A stretch of 64,000 bases of DNA. Source: Psammoneis japonica (taxonomy: Eukaryota). Below the pieces are notes generated by a model. It did not search any database. It worked only from the letters and a program-made list of their open reading frames with translations, and was not told the origin of the DNA. The translations under genes and the position numbers were made by a program. This document shows positions 1 through 13,209 of this stretch, in pieces (positions within the stretch are counted from its first letter, which is position 1; every line of letters starts with the position of its first letter). The DNA lies in assembly GCA_008632985.1 (NCBI GenBank), contig QPGO01000175.1, positions 1 through 64,000 of the forward strand. Direction: 5' to 3'.

Positions 1-3000
1 TTTGAATGCAACATTGGCAATCACCAAGAAAGCACAACTTAAAATCAAGAAATGGCCATCGATCAATCGGAGAATGTAGTCCTGTCCAATTTCTCTACGC
101 GTTTGCAATGGATGTGGCTCGAATGCGAGCAGATCGCGATTGCGTCAGCTCCGGATCCGCTGACGACGGCGACTCGACAAATGTGTCTGCTTCACTCTGC
201 ATTCTTCTCAGTTGACTCTCACCCCAGAGAGTCTCGATTTCTTCTTCTCTTCAGATAAATGTTCCGTTTTTCTATCTTCAATCTGTGTTCACTTGGACCT
301 TCATCATCATCTGATTCTGTGCTCTTCAACATCAAATTTGCTGTGGGGGACGATGGCGATTTTCAAATTTGGATTTCCAGATGGATTTGGAAATTTGAAG
401 ATTTTTCCGTCAGTCAGTCGCTCGGCAAGTCTTTTGCATTTTCGACGGTTACCGTAAGTGTACGTAGGAATTAGTAATAATTTGGAAAGTACCGAGTTCC
501 CACGAATCTTTTACATACGAAATCATGGTAGTAATTCTACAAAGATACACACAAAATGATAGTGATTGAGAAAATTAGCAACGGTCACGACACACAAAAT
601 CTCTCGAAAGCTTTTCCTTTCGCGCTCTTCTTTCGCTCACAACTCGTTGTCTCGCACGATGTGTTGTTGTTCGCCAAGCAACGATTGCCGCGATCGCCCA
701 GGATGGCTCGCCCTTCTTGCGGATAATAGAGAGCTAGCTCTTGTTTGGTGTTCCACAACTCATCATGCTTGTTGACGTGTTGTCTCCAGGTGGCGTAGGT
801 GTTGCCAGTTAAGTCCAGAGGTCGGGGCAAATCGAATGCGTCTCTCCGGCCTTGAGTCCATGTCACTCTCGTGTCTTTGAGCGTAGGAAGTTGCCTGTTC
901 GCTTGACCCGTCAGGTCACGGCTGTTGAAATAGGCAGCAGCGTTCGTCTGTGAAGCAGCAAAAGCTCGCCGAGCAGATCATGCCGTTGACGGAACACAGG
1001 TTTGGGGTTCTGTCGTATCAGGGACATGATACGGTAAGTCTTCACTCGTAGGGAGTGTTGATTTAGAACGCGGTTGACTCGCAAGTTTACTTGTTGTCTC
1101 CGTAGTACGTCCCCCCTTTTACATTTTTTAGAGTGATATTTTTCACTCTGAAGATACGTAAAAGCTTGAGCGCCATCAAATGATGGCGCTCTTGAGGCAA
1201 CGTTACCCTACGCAACCAATTTCAATAGCTACTTTTGATATTGGTGTGTTTCAAATCTTTGAAACACGCTTTGAACTTTACAATAGAAGTAGAAAGACTA
1301 ACAGTACCAGATAGTAATCCTTATTTGCGTGTAAGTTATTCCGTACGTACGTCAATGGACTGCGATGACGGTCGTAGCGATTGCGATGTCATTGCATACT
1401 GTGCTGTCGTTGTTTCTGCTTTAGTGCTACACCACTCTCCTCTTTCTTTCAGATGGGGTCCACGCTGGGGTGCTCGTTGCGGGATGCCCCAAGGCTTGTC
1501 ATTGATATGTGCTGGACTCTTGCGACGCTGATCGCTCGCTTGCCTGGGGTTTATTCGATCCAATTCAATTACGAAATAGGTCGCTACGATACTCTCTAGC
1601 CTACAAGCTACTAGTAGACAGAAACGAAATATTCGAAATTCGCGAGCGTTCTGGGTTTTGCTCGAGAATGAAAGGCATTAGAGAAAACAAATCTAGAGGT
1701 AGTGTTATGAGATAGCAGTCAAACGCCCGCGATACACCAAACTGAAAATAGACTACTGGAGTCACGCAACGTCGTGTCCACGCCGATTTCTAAATCCAAT
1801 GGATGTCGTCGTTACGCAACGCCAAACCAGAGCTATTTCCGATACCGGTATCACAACTGAGTTCTTGTCGACTACGCCAACCCGCTTTCGGAAGAGATGG
1901 TGGGCGATTCACAGATTCAGCTCGATGGGGTGCTCCATCAAACAAAGAAGGATGGAATCCTTTCAATTCACCAAAATAGAAACGAGTTAATAGCTCTTCT
2001 GAACCACTCTTTTGGCTACTCATAGAGTTGTTACGAGAGAGGCGGCCTGTACTGCTCATGTCCAGGTACCTTGAACACCGGTGCTTCCCAATCTAGTCCA
2101 ATGCGACAACATTCTGACTACATCTGTGAAGAGGTGGCCAGCCGCATATCCGACAAAGAGTTGCCACCAAAAAAAGCCCTCCAACTATGCCAGTGTCCAA
2201 GCTAAGGCCTGCAACAATGATTATTGCAAAGCTGTGTAAGCCGCACTGCGAACGCTGAACCTTGCTTCAAATGCAGCAGCATCTTGAGAATCAGTCAAGC
2301 AATAGCCAAAGGCAACGAGATCAGCGGTTGGTTCCCTTTCTTCTCCAAGTACAGGAAGCGGTGTCCTGCCCTTGTCGATGAGGGTCTGAAACTGGGCTTC
2401 TCCCCAAAAGAGTACGCTGTTGGAGCGTGCCTGTGACAAAAATACTCCAACTTGCGATTAGAGGGCGTATCGTCAAAGTCTACCGGTGCAGTGAAGGAGG
2501 CCGCCGCATTGTAACTGTAGCACTGCTTTTGAAGTAACTAGAGCAGTTAGAGGAGCTCCCTTTCGTCGATTTTGTAGCTGCTTGTCAAGTTTTCGTAGGG
2601 ATTTGAACTTCAACACTCACGACGACATTCCCCACCCGAGAGTCATCAGGACTGCCTAGCCCCCCGATAACGCATACCGCATCAGACTCCTCTGTGTCAC
2701 CCAAGACGCGTCACGGGGTGGGACCGAGAACAAAATATTACCGTACACTTTTGGAAACTCCGCTACTGTGCGTCCTTTCTTCCATGACGCTAAGACGGTT
2801 TTGTTTATCAGAATGCACCTGCAAATCGCCTCCGTCCTCATCTCTCCGCCAACTACGTTTTTGGAATCTGCCATTTGACCCAATATATCAGAATGTCGCT
2901 CTTAAAGTTGCTTTGCATTTCTCAAGGCGCCCCATTCAGTATAGAGCTCGTGAGCACGCGAAAGATAGGCACAAGCCCAATCTTCACCAGTCCGGTCCGC

Positions 3001-3394
3001 GCACAAGTTGGTATTGCCTTGTTCAACGTTGCCAAAGCCTAATCGAACGCCAACTTCATTGACGACAAACCAGCCTCAAGAACTAAAAGAAGATGGTGAC
3101 AATTGGCGTGGCCGGCCGCGACCAGCTTCTTGAGCGCACGCATTGATTGTGTTTCGTAGCTAGAATCAAACAACTGAGGCCAAAGTAGAATTCCGTAGCA
3201 GCATAGTAGTACAACGCCTTGATAGCAAATTCGTTTCCTGAATGACGAAACCACCTCGCAGAGAATTTGTAGCACCACTATTGCCTTTCCTGCCTTTCAC
3301 TTCAAAGCCAGCCTGTCTTGCACATGTGACATGCATGTAGAATGGACCGCGAGGTTGAGAATGATCTCGGCAACCCTCTTCGTCGCATTATTCT

Positions 3395-3988
3395 CTAACA
3401 CCACGAGCCTGGCAACAGAGAAGACATCTGTGATTCCCAAGAATATGCCCTCGCCCATTGCTCATGATACTGTTGATGCAATTGACTCTCCCGTTCTCGT
3501 CTACGCGAAGAGTATCGTTTTGCCACCTTCGTCAGCACGTCAACAGCATCAAGTGAGTGACACAAAAGCGCTGTTATCTTACAGAGGTCAACCCGAAAAA
3601 TACGTACATTGTGCAAAGAGGGTGATTCCAGAGCTTTTGGTAGTAAAAAGCGTTCTCGAATTCTTCTTGATTCCTCGCCCAGTGACCCTTCCTGGTAACA
3701 GGATCTGCGAACCCATCTCTCATCCATCCGCCTTTTTGAAAGCATATGACATTGTGGCGGTTGCATGTCTTCATCCCTTGCTTTCACAGCGCCGTCGGCA
3801 GGGAGCACGCATGATTCGCAATAAACCACAGAGCAAACGCGGCATCGCGTCAAGTTCAAGCCCTCGGGCTCGCATTGGTGGCACACCTCGCATCGAACTC
3901 CGTGCAACTTCTCCCCAAGAGGCTCTCGAGAAATCACTTTGTTGAAGTTTGGCGGACGTGGCGGGGGATCGGCTTCAGCTGGTACCAC
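3395..3988 (-). CDS. Hypothetical protein with a Cys-rich, zinc-finger-like segment
   Basis: 197-aa ORF containing CEVC...RCRVCSVVYCESC; true start uncertain; no family recognised. Confidence 0.3.
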   Translation of the reverse strand: MVPAEADPPPRPPNFNKVISREPLGEKLHGVRCEVCHQCEPEGLNLTRCRVCSVVYCESCVLPADGAVKARDEDMQPPQCHMLSKRRMDERWVRRSCYQEGSLGEESRRIRERFLLPKALESPSLHNVRIFRVDLCKITALLCHSLDAVDVLTKVAKRYSSRRRERESQLHQQYHEQWARAYSWESQMSSLLPGSWC

Positions 3989-6226
3989 TCGCGATTTCGC
4001 CGTGAGTCACGGTACACAGGCCAGTGCTCTTGCACAACTCACATGTAGTCAGTTTGAGCGACCCCCAACTCGGCACTGGTTGAATACACCACATTTGCCA
4101 AGGCGTAAAACACATTTCGGCCTTGGAGACAAATAGCGAAACGTTTCGCGTAACTCTTTCACACTCGCTCCACGAGTTTGTCCTTATTGACGAAGCGAGC
4201 GAGCCCTGTCATTTCGCGCAGAGCACGTGAACCCACTTGGCATCGACTTGGGTATGTCAACATCGTCACCTGCGTCTGGCTTTAGTGTGGTGTACGGCGA
4301 AAGGCTCCTACCTTGCTTTTGCACGCCGTTCTAGTTACTTAGCACCGGTTTGACCATACTTGTCCCAGTCAAAGCATTTGCATGCCACGAAGTAGTAGTC
4401 CTTCTGACACTTCTTTGACGCATAACATTTGGTGTACGGAAACAAGCTGTTCTTGTTGCTCTCTTTGAATTGAGCTTCTTGGGTCGCCACCGTTCCCTTT
4501 ACAGAAATACATTCCACTGGGGATCAGTCATAAAGGTACCATCTTGCTTCTTCCCGTTGTCGAGAACGTGCGTACAGCTCCAACGGCGGTGACTTTGGCG
4601 TTGGTAGGCAGGCGCGAACGCCAAAAGAAGACTCTCTCGCTTTCTGACTGGGAGCTGAATAGCATCTACCCCCTTTTTCTTGTCGCTTTCAGTTCGAGGA
4701 CAAGGGACTCTTGTGCGCTTCTGGCAGTGACGAAGCCAGCGCCTGGCACGCTTTGGCTTGGGCAACATTGGGAAGACGCACCAACATGCGCTCTCGTTGC
4801 ACCGCGCCTTGCACCGAAACAATTGGGCCCTCTTTTACAACCGCGGTATCATTTCCCGCTTTCTTTTGACAACGGACCAGAACAGGGTGTCGGTAGATAC
4901 ACTTGTGCAAATCACAAACAACCGGCAAACATGTCAGGCTCTTTTCTCGTCATGCATCTTGACTTCCGGACTTTATAGAGGACATACGGAAGTAGGATTG
5001 AAGCCTTGGAATAGACGCGCTTGGAATTTGTGAAACGCCATACCAAATGTTGCATCGTCTGACATGCTCCAACATCAATGTGGTGAGCACCAATGCGGCG
5101 GGATTCGCAAGCTCGTGTTCAAATGCCAAAAAAAGGATTCTTGAGAGGTCCCCTCGTCACTGGACTTGTCGTTGGAAGCTTCGGCTGCACCGGGTTTTGT
5201 CGATTTCTCCTTTTCCATCGCGTTCGTTGGACCGTTCTTCTGGTCCTCACTCGAGTCGGGATGCGGTGAGTCAGCACTTTCGGGATCAACTTAACGAGTC
5301 TGGCCAGGGCCTTTTGACACTTTACCCATTGATGACGTGTCATCACTCTGTTTGTTCATGTGGCTGGGTGGAGACTTCTCTGGTTGACCGTCGCCGGCTG
5401 GTTTGCCGCCACGACCGTTCGCGAACGATGCTGTCTCGGCGGGTGCTTTCGAGTCGTCCGTACCAATATTCTCTTGCTGATTTTCCTCCGTAACACCGTC
5501 TCTGGCTGGATCGCCCTTCGAGTCATCATCCTTGTTGGCCGCATCCGTACGCTGCTCCGTGTAAGGACAATACACACGCTCCACACTTTAACCACTTCCG
5601 ATACTTTGTTTCTCCTTTTCGTCACGGGATTAAATTCGTGCCTCGTGCCACGGGAGGATACTGGAACGTGTTCCACTGCTGCGGTAGAACTCGACCTGTT
5701 GCTGTTACATTTCTTACTATTGATCGTGATTGATTCTCCGTAATATTGTTGCTACTGTTTCTTTCGTTGTTGTACCCCACCTGCGGCCGCTCTGCGGTAT
5801 TTTGAATGAACGAAACACTCGGAGACGGCGCTACTTCCATTGCACTTCCGCTTGATGCTTGTATCGATTGAGATGTTCTAGAAGAGTCAGAGTATTGCGC
5901 GAAGGACTCGGGTGGTACCACAGACCTGGCGGCGGTTGTTCGCCGTTGCCGCTTGGCGGTGTGTCGTCATGGTCATGTCTTGGTCAACTTGAACGCATGT
6001 GAGATCCGAGATGCGACCCGAGCACGGAATCCGGAATTTCAAATCAAGCGAAAATAGTTTGCTTACGTCGTGGCTTCTGCATTCATCGTAGCATAGATAT
6101 TCATACTTGTAGCCTTTGATATATAACGCTCTCAGAAAGTGCGGTGGCAGGTCGTCAGATACATAGTGTGGGTAAACGCACATAAGGACCACGCTGACGT
6201 GGAAGGTCATTCCTTAAATGTGGTGC

Positions 6227-6263
6227 CCTTATGTGTGGTATAAATTTTATAACGCACATAAGG
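6227..6263. repeat. Imperfect subterminal hairpin within a cluster of GCACATA(A/T)GG motifs
   Basis: CCTTATGTGTGGTATAAA-T-TTTATAACGCACATAAGG; related motifs at 6175-6187 and 6290-6307. Confidence 0.75.
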
Positions 6264-6499
6264 CCTCGATGACAATCAAGAGTCATCAGTTTATACCGCA
6301 CATATGGTCCAGGTTGCATCACACTTAGGTGCAGTCATTTCAATGTGAGATTTGAATCAAATTGGTCAATTCACGTACTTTCCTAAATCGGCGGTCCAAA
6401 GATCGACCTTTGGCTACGGTACGATGAGAGTAATGGCAAAATAAGGGCATCGACACATTACTTGGATAAAATTTTATGACACTGTGGTGTAATAGAAGT

Positions 6500-9400
6500 G
6501 TTGTTATTGATGCTTGCTTGTTGTTTTCTGCTCCCTTTTTCTTCTTTCTGAGTTCTGCCATTCTCTCGGAAGACTGTTTTTTGTCGCACTCACGTTTCAA
6601 CATTTTCCGTTCACCTTCTGAGTCAGGTACATTCACTAGAGCACTCTTGCGTTTAACCAATGAGCAATGTTGCCATCCCCACCGTGAACAGTCCTTGGCA
6701 AGGTTGGGGCATCCAAAAGGAGCGGCGCTGCACCGTCGTCGATCTGCCCCGCGTCCGTCCCTGTCGGCGCTGACAATGCAGGCAGCTTGAGTGGGAGCAA
6801 CCAATGGTGCTGCTGGCAATGGGTTGGTTGAAATGTCATCAGCATTGTCAAATGCAGCCTCTGTGGCAGTCTGCTCCAACTCCACTTCCGCCAGCTCCAA
6901 GGGAGGCTTGCTGGAACGGTTGTGAAAAGCCGCGGCCGGATTCTTGCTCTGTTCTTCCCGACCTGGCCTTGCAAATTTTTCCAACAGGCCGCAGCAGTCC
7001 ACTCCCATGGTGTCCTCGAGCATCACCAACTCCTGTGTCACTTTCCACTTGTTGCAGCAGCTTCTGAGCATGGAAGGGAGCTTGGGAAAAATCGTGAGAC
7101 ATGGCCCGCTTTTAGTTTGAACAATCTTGCCAATTCAACCCAAGTTTTCCAGGTGGGTTTTGGATGATCCTCAAGAAAATCATTGTAAATCCGCTTTTCG
7201 TTTGGATGGCTAATGTGCAACGGGGGGCCTCTCAGTTTCATGCGTTCTTGCGAAAAAGCAAGAAGAGTCCCTTGTGTGAGATTTTGCATGTCAACATTGC
7301 ATCGAGTGCCAACACACGGCATGCAGGACTCACCAGCAAGAAACTTCAAGTCGCCTGTAAGCTTGGGATCTGGTGTGTCTTGGTGCTCAACAAACTTTTC
7401 ATCACAATTTAATGGCCCCACGCCAACCGCAACAAAATCATCTGCTGGTTTAAACAAGGACTGATTGGTGTGGTGGGGAAATGGATCGCAGCCAAACAAC
7501 TTGAGCATTCGAAGTTGTGTTGATCAATGACATCGTGACATGGCATGCCAAAGTCATGGCAACCACCGCATTGCATCCCAGCATTTGTGTTGTGTTGACA
7601 TGTGACAAGGAGAAGCAAGAAGTGCCCCACCTCTGCACCAACACCATGGGGTCCAAACGCCACCCGCATTTTCTGATGCAAATTCTCCGACCGATTTGAT
7701 CCCCGTCGACAGAGCCAAAGATTCAATCCATTCTTGTCCTTGCCATCCCACTGATGCATCACTGCATCTCAAGATTCCTCGAGTTGACCTTGCTCGTACA
7801 TTTCTTCCAAACGGTCAAAGTGTTGTTGGAGCTTGGTGCTCCAGCACTCTTTCAGCACAGGATTAGACTGGACCATGTTGTGGACAGCACGAATGTTGTC
7901 AGCTCCTTTGTTTGCTGGGGGGGGGGCACATCTGGACTCGCTGATGCCAAAATTCTTGGTTGAAGCAGAAGTGGTTGAGGACATCCTCCACAGAGGTGAT
8001 GCCACGATGGTCGGCAAGGAATCTTGTCATGTCGTCCCAACCCTCTGCATCAAACTCAATGGCAGCTTGAATCACCAACCGACGAACCAACTTTATCACG
8101 TTTTTTGTTTTGGGATTGGACAGGGATGGAATGTTGTCAAATGCGTGAAACCGATCCATCGATTGACGAGTTCTCGGGAGGTCGATCGCATCGTTCTCAT
8201 CATCAAAGTCCCCAGCATTGCAGAGCCACTCACCAGAATTTGTGTCATCCACCACAACAGCTTCCGAGTCACTGCTCTCCGGTGAATTGGCTGCCACAGT
8301 TGGTGCTCCCAAGTCACCACTCTCTGTCATGTTGGCTGCTGCAGTCGGTGCTCCCGAGTTGACACCCTCGGCCGATTCTTCCATTGATTCTTCTGTCACA
8401 TCTGCAGTCGGTGCTCCCGAGTCAACACCCTCTGCCAATTCTTCCATTGAATCTTCCGTCGCAGCATCGCGTCCAAAGCCGTTGTCCACCATGTCACTTG
8501 TGTTGTCGCTCCCAATTGCAGCTGGTTCCAACTGCACACGGATGCGATCGGTCGGCCATGCAACTGCCATGCCATCAAAGGTTTGGCATTTCTCAAATTC
8601 CTCGTACAAACTGCGCGCTCCTCTGCAGTGACATTGTGGCCAAATGCCGGACGGGCACTTCGCACAAGCACACGTTTGACTTTCACGATGCNTGCTGTTT
8701 CTTCCAATGGTCATTTGGCCCCACTTGCGAATCTCACCCCCTGTTCCACCCACAAAGACAAGCTCACCCGCAGCACAAACTTGATTGCAATGCATCAGGT
8801 GCACATTCTTGCCGTCCGACAACTCAGATGCTGGAATCTTTCCCGCACGCCTCGCATTTGCAATTTGGGCCTTCAAAACACTGCAAAGCCGCAAATGTAG
8901 ACAGGGATCCAACGCCGCATGCTCCTTTAAGTCCTTGCAGATTTTCATGATTCTCCAGTCTGCATTCTGGCTGAACTTGTCAACGTGTGCCTCAAGAAGT
9001 CGAGCGCAGAGCTTCTGCACACCGTGTCCCTCCAGATGATTGGGCTCCAGTTGTTTCGCTAACTCCATTGTTTCAATTGCTCGTGGCATGTTGATTCCAA
9101 GAGCGTGGCATCCACCAACATCAAATGAGACATTCACGGCAGTGGGAACAAGCTTTTTGTTTTCCAAAAGGTGCTTCAAAGCTGGCGGCACGTCAGATGC
9201 ATCAAAAAGACCCATTTCTGTCAAGCTGAGAATTGCAACTTTATCGTAGAGCTGGGGTGGAAAGCATGTCTGAAGCACCCGCATTGTCGATCGCATTTCA
9301 TCAAGATTGCACTCCGAGTCAATGCCACATGCAATCTCACCATCCAGAGAAGCGACTTTGGCTGCAAGACTGAGGGCCCAGTTCTGAGCCTCAGTGTGAG

Positions 9401-11143
9401 TCGAGAACTCAACATGTTTGTCTTTTGCAAGACAAGCTCAAGGGAGTCCATTGCAAGAATTCCTTTTCCACGGCTTCACTTTCTGTGGGAGCTCTTTGAA
9501 AACCTCTGGCCACAACCCACGGTCGCCACCACCATCACCTTCCACCCTTTTCAGTTCAGTGGCACCACTGTTGATTCTCACACTTTTGTGCTGATGAAAA
9601 AACGGCCTCAATTCATTGTCAGATTTGGCATGGGTCAAAAAGATTGAAGGTGACCACACCTCTGAGCGACACCGAGTCACACGTTGCAAGGAATGCTTTT
9701 CCGGATCGTTTCGATGCCGATGTCATTTTCGCGAACTTGAATGAATGATCACTGCTCTCCAACTCGTCTGGATGTGGTTGATGGCTGGCTTGAAAACATG
9801 GTTCTAGAGTGGCCATTGCCTGGTGACACACAAATGAAAGAGTTCAAATGAAAGAGTTGATGAGAATGACAGTGCAACGGCTGCGATTGACACCAGAGAC
9901 GAGAAACGCACCTGTGGATGAAGCGTCTTCAGGAGTCGTGGTTTCAGCAGCACACCATTGTGTTCACCCACAGAGTGAAAGGGAAAGAATGGCTGTGGGA
10001 CAAATGTGTCAGTTGCTGTGGCAGCGGACGAAAAAGCCGCACGACCGTCCACCTTGTCGGAAAGCACATCAAGATGCGAAAGGTCATCCTTCCAACACTG
10101 CGTGTGTTTTGGTTCATTGACGCTAGAGCAATGTGTGCCAAACAGTGTGCCCTTCACACACAAGTGAAGAAACTGGCACATCATTGACTCATGCATTCCG
10201 ATTCCACTGGCAGTGACAAGAAATGGAAATCGCTCCGAAACAACGTTTGGCAACTGCGACATGAACTTTGGATGGAACTCCGCAAACGTTCTGCCGCACC
10301 CCTGCTTGTTCCCATCCTCCCCTCTGCAACAAATTCTCCGATGAAGAACCCAAGCAGCAATCAAATGTAGATGCATTGGCCGACAACACCACCCATTGGA
10401 CTCAAGAGCACCACACTTGACGCAGTGGATGCATTTGTGCTCATTCAGAGCCAGTCTTGTGGATTTCCCATTGTGGCCAAATGAGTCAAAATGAAAAACC
10501 CATGCAGCCTCCTTTGCCCAATTAAAAGGATCAAGAGTTGGAAGTGACACAGCTGACAAATCAGGCGGATGCCACTGCTTGCCGTTCTTTCGTGCACTTG
10601 CATTGCTGGAGCTCATGACTGCACTCTTGACTCCTTCCAAGCAATTTGACAGCAGTGAGCCAGGCTGGGGTTTGCACTGAGATGACTCACGCTTCTTTTT
10701 TGTTGCTTCACTGATGTCATCTTCAGTGTCTTCATCGTAGTCTTCATCGTCGTCGCTAAAATGCGCCTCGTCATCGTCGTCGCCTTCCTCCTGTCCTCGC
10801 GCCAACCCAGCTCTGGCGATGTCTGCCGCTGCAGCGAGCCTCTCCAGCGCCTGAATTTGCTTTTCCTCATCACTCTTCTGTTTGTTAAGACGTTCTTGCT
10901 CCAGAGCCTCTTGTCTTTCCCTTGCTCTGGCTGCTTGCAGCTCCGCTGCTGCTGCTTTCTGCTGCTCGGCTTGTCGCTTGCGCCGAGCTTCTGCAACCGT
11001 CAACGCCGGCTCTGAGCATTCTGCTTTCGAGCCAATTCTTCACTTCGATCACACTTGGCTCCAAAAACAGTTCCTTGTCCTTTAATGTGGGAGACTGGCC
11101 TGCCAGATCCCTTTCTATTGCCGCCGCTACCGGTTCCGCCCAT
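6500..11143 (-). pseudogene. Frameshifted transposase-exonuclease fusion
   Basis: ORF pieces 9804-11003 (SQLPNVVSERFPFLVTASG, DUF6729-like), probable intron 9820-9911, then SDHSFKFAK, 7899-9296 (QKLCARLL..DKFSQNADW..LKEHAALD resembling the WRN/RNase D-type YAALD motif; DRFH) and 7409-7762 (LCRRGSNRSENLHQ); family assignment from motif memory. Confidence 0.65.
8341..8463. repeat. 63-bp in-frame tandem duplication inside the transposase
   Basis: GCAGTCGGTGCTCCCGAGT... at 8341 and 8404; protein repeats TEDSMEELAEGVDSGAPTA and TEESMEESAEGVNSGAPTA. Confidence 0.9.
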
Positions 11144-11343
11144 GGTGATGTTGTCTACGCACTGTAAACTGCGTGTGAGTCAACACTTAAACATCCGGGT
11201 TACTTTTGCGTGATGACTCTCGCTTCGCTCGAGTCGAGTTAATCAAAACGCTTTGCCCACACCAGGTGCAAAAATGCCCGAAAATCAACTCCACAACCCA
11301 CAACGCGAAAATCGCAAAAACAACGCTGCCCCCCCGCCTCACC

Positions 11344-11898
11344 ATGACGCCAACCTTCCTGTCCTTGTTGTTTGCCAGTGTTCTTGTTGTGTGGTGTATA
11401 ACCCCATCGGCATCGGAGTCTCTCTGGTTTGAAAAAGATGAATCCCAGGCCGACGTAAATTTGGTGGACAACGGACAACAGCGACAACAGCACAGAAGAA
11501 ATATTGTAGGCGGATACTTTCCTGCCGACTTGCATGACCCGAATGTCATCGAAGCAGCTACATTTGCAACAAAAGAATTGCTTGGAGAGGTGGACGAATC
11601 GGTGAAAGTGGAAGTACCCAATTACTCGTTTTTAGGTAGCGCGTCGGCAACAAGTGACATGAAGGTTCTCAAAGCTTCGCAACAAGTAGTGGCGGGAAGG
11701 AACTTTAAACTCACGATTGCCTTGACAGACATCTACAATAAGTGCATTGGGGCCTTTCACGTGACTGTTTGGGACCATTTCGGAGAAGTATCAATTACCC
11801 GATGGGGTAGCGAGTTGCCATGTGGCGAAGCCCATGCGATGATAAAGGAAGCTACTTTCGCTAAAGAAAGCGACGAGGAGTCAGATCCAGAGAATTGA
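11344..11898 (+). CDS. Secreted cystatin-family cysteine protease inhibitor
   Basis: Hydrophobic signal peptide, IVGGY, DPNVIEAATFA and QVVAG (QxVxG) motifs. Confidence 0.85.
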   Translation: MTPTFLSLLFASVLVVWCITPSASESLWFEKDESQADVNLVDNGQQRQQHRRNIVGGYFPADLHDPNVIEAATFATKELLGEVDESVKVEVPNYSFLGSASATSDMKVLKASQQVVAGRNFKLTIALTDIYNKCIGAFHVTVWDHFGEVSITRWGSELPCGEAHAMIKEATFAKESDEESDPEN

Positions 11899-12741
11899 AC
11901 CAATCTTCGTTTCGTGCTTTTGAAGGCGGTTGCGGGGATTGTAATGGGGCGTACGGGAAGAACACAGTCAGTTTTACTCCAGTAGGGAGAAGAAATGATT
12001 GGAAGGCGCGTGTAGTTTTTGTGGTCGTACTGTGTCATACCACAGCTTCACGAGCTGCGTGTAGAGCCGAGCGTCGTCGTTTCGTAGTACATATCTTGTC
12101 TAGGATTCCTAGGAGTTTTCGTTGTACTTGTCTTCAGTGCTTGTTTACGCCTAGAGAGACTTGACGCTTCTCTTCTTCGTATCCGTTCTTCTACAGTCTG
12201 TGGTGAAACAGCAAAATTTCATGTTAGGCTGAGTTTGCTACTTGATCTATTGTCTTTGGTATCTGTGACTTGATCTGTCATATGCATGTCTACGCCAATC
12301 ACTTGTGTACCTAAACAGGTTGGAAGGTCACTCTTGAGCAGAGTGACAAGACATCTACTACTTCGCTAGAGTGATCACACGCACTAGCAACTCGAGAGCA
12401 TTTTTGGCGGAACATGAATTGAATCATGGACACTTGGATTCTGATTTCCCTCTCTCTAGGCTAGGGCTAGAAAGAGATCCTTTCTCTATTAGAGAGTAGC
12501 TAGCTGGGGCCTAGAATGCCGGTGGAAAGAAGTCCAGGACGAAAAGAAGAGGCGCACTAGTGTGTAATTCCGAAGTCCCCGACTTGGAGGTTCCTCACCC
12601 CATGAATGGGCAGAGTATTACAATGAACTCTCTACGCCCGTACTGGTACCTGAGTAAATAACGTCTGATGCGAACAAATGCATGTTACTAATTAAGGATC
12701 TGTCTTGTGACCAACCTTGTTCTTTTCTAGCGATGTCCAGT

Positions 12742-13209
12742 TCAAAGAGCTCGCAGGACGCCTTTGCAATTCCAACAGTTGCCCGAGGTATTGCCAAGTC
12801 TGTAGAGCAATAAGTATGAGGCCACCACAACGCCGACGCGAAATCCATTCCATGCCGCAGGGGTTGGATAATTGGGTCGGTTGCAGTTGGCGCAAAACAC
12901 CAAACCAGAACCAACGAAGCCACAGAAGCTTTGCGCCAAGCAGCAAGCCACAAAATCGGACGTTTCTTGTGCTTCGTTGTTGTTGGACGTGGAGGTTTGG
13001 CTCACATCCATGGGCTCGAGTGGCGCTTTGGAGGACATTTTGCGCTTTGGGGTGCCCCTTTCCATTTCATCGACTTGAGCCGCATCGTCGACTTGACTCG
13101 TCATGACTTTATCGCAAACTACTTCAAGCTCCTCGTTCTTGGTGTCATCATCGCGGACGGGAACATCGGCGTAGATTTCGCCATCTTTCGTGGTGGTTTT
13201 CGTGGCCAT
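12742..13209 (-). CDS. Hypothetical protein with acidic N-terminus and hydrophobic, Cys-rich C-terminus
   Basis: 155-aa ATG-initiated ORF with normal composition. Confidence 0.5.
   Translation of the reverse strand: MATKTTTKDGEIYADVPVRDDDTKNEELEVVCDKVMTSQVDDAAQVDEMERGTPKRKMSSKAPLEPMDVSQTSTSNNNEAQETSDFVACCLAQSFCGFVGSGLVFCANCNRPNYPTPAAWNGFRVGVVVASYLLLYRLGNTSGNCWNCKGVLRAL

Larger units (their letters stand above)
6164..11264 (-). mobile_element. Degenerate DDE-type DNA transposon (DUF6729-like transposase with embedded 3'-5' exonuclease), TpA-depleted
   Basis: Candidate short TIRs TAGTGTGGGTAAA (6164-6176) and TTTGCCCACACCA (11252-11264); subterminal repeats at 6175-6308; broken minus-strand transposase ORFs; TpA nearly absent 6670-11080. 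Confidence 0.65.

Noticed and set aside
1..3300. Short ORF fragments suggesting genes or pseudogenes
   Set aside because: No recognisable motif or consistent exon chain could be built.
4335..6030. Possible minus-strand gene across several ORFs
   Set aside because: The pieces look coding, but the frames could not be joined convincingly and no family was recognised.
8692..8692. N base within the transposase
   Set aside because: It is an assembly ambiguity; the local frameshift there cannot be trusted as biological.
6670..11080. Alternative genetic code or foreign DNA as the cause of Tyr loss
   Set aside because: TA loss is frame-independent, affects introns, TIRs and a TSD, and spans unrelated element classes.
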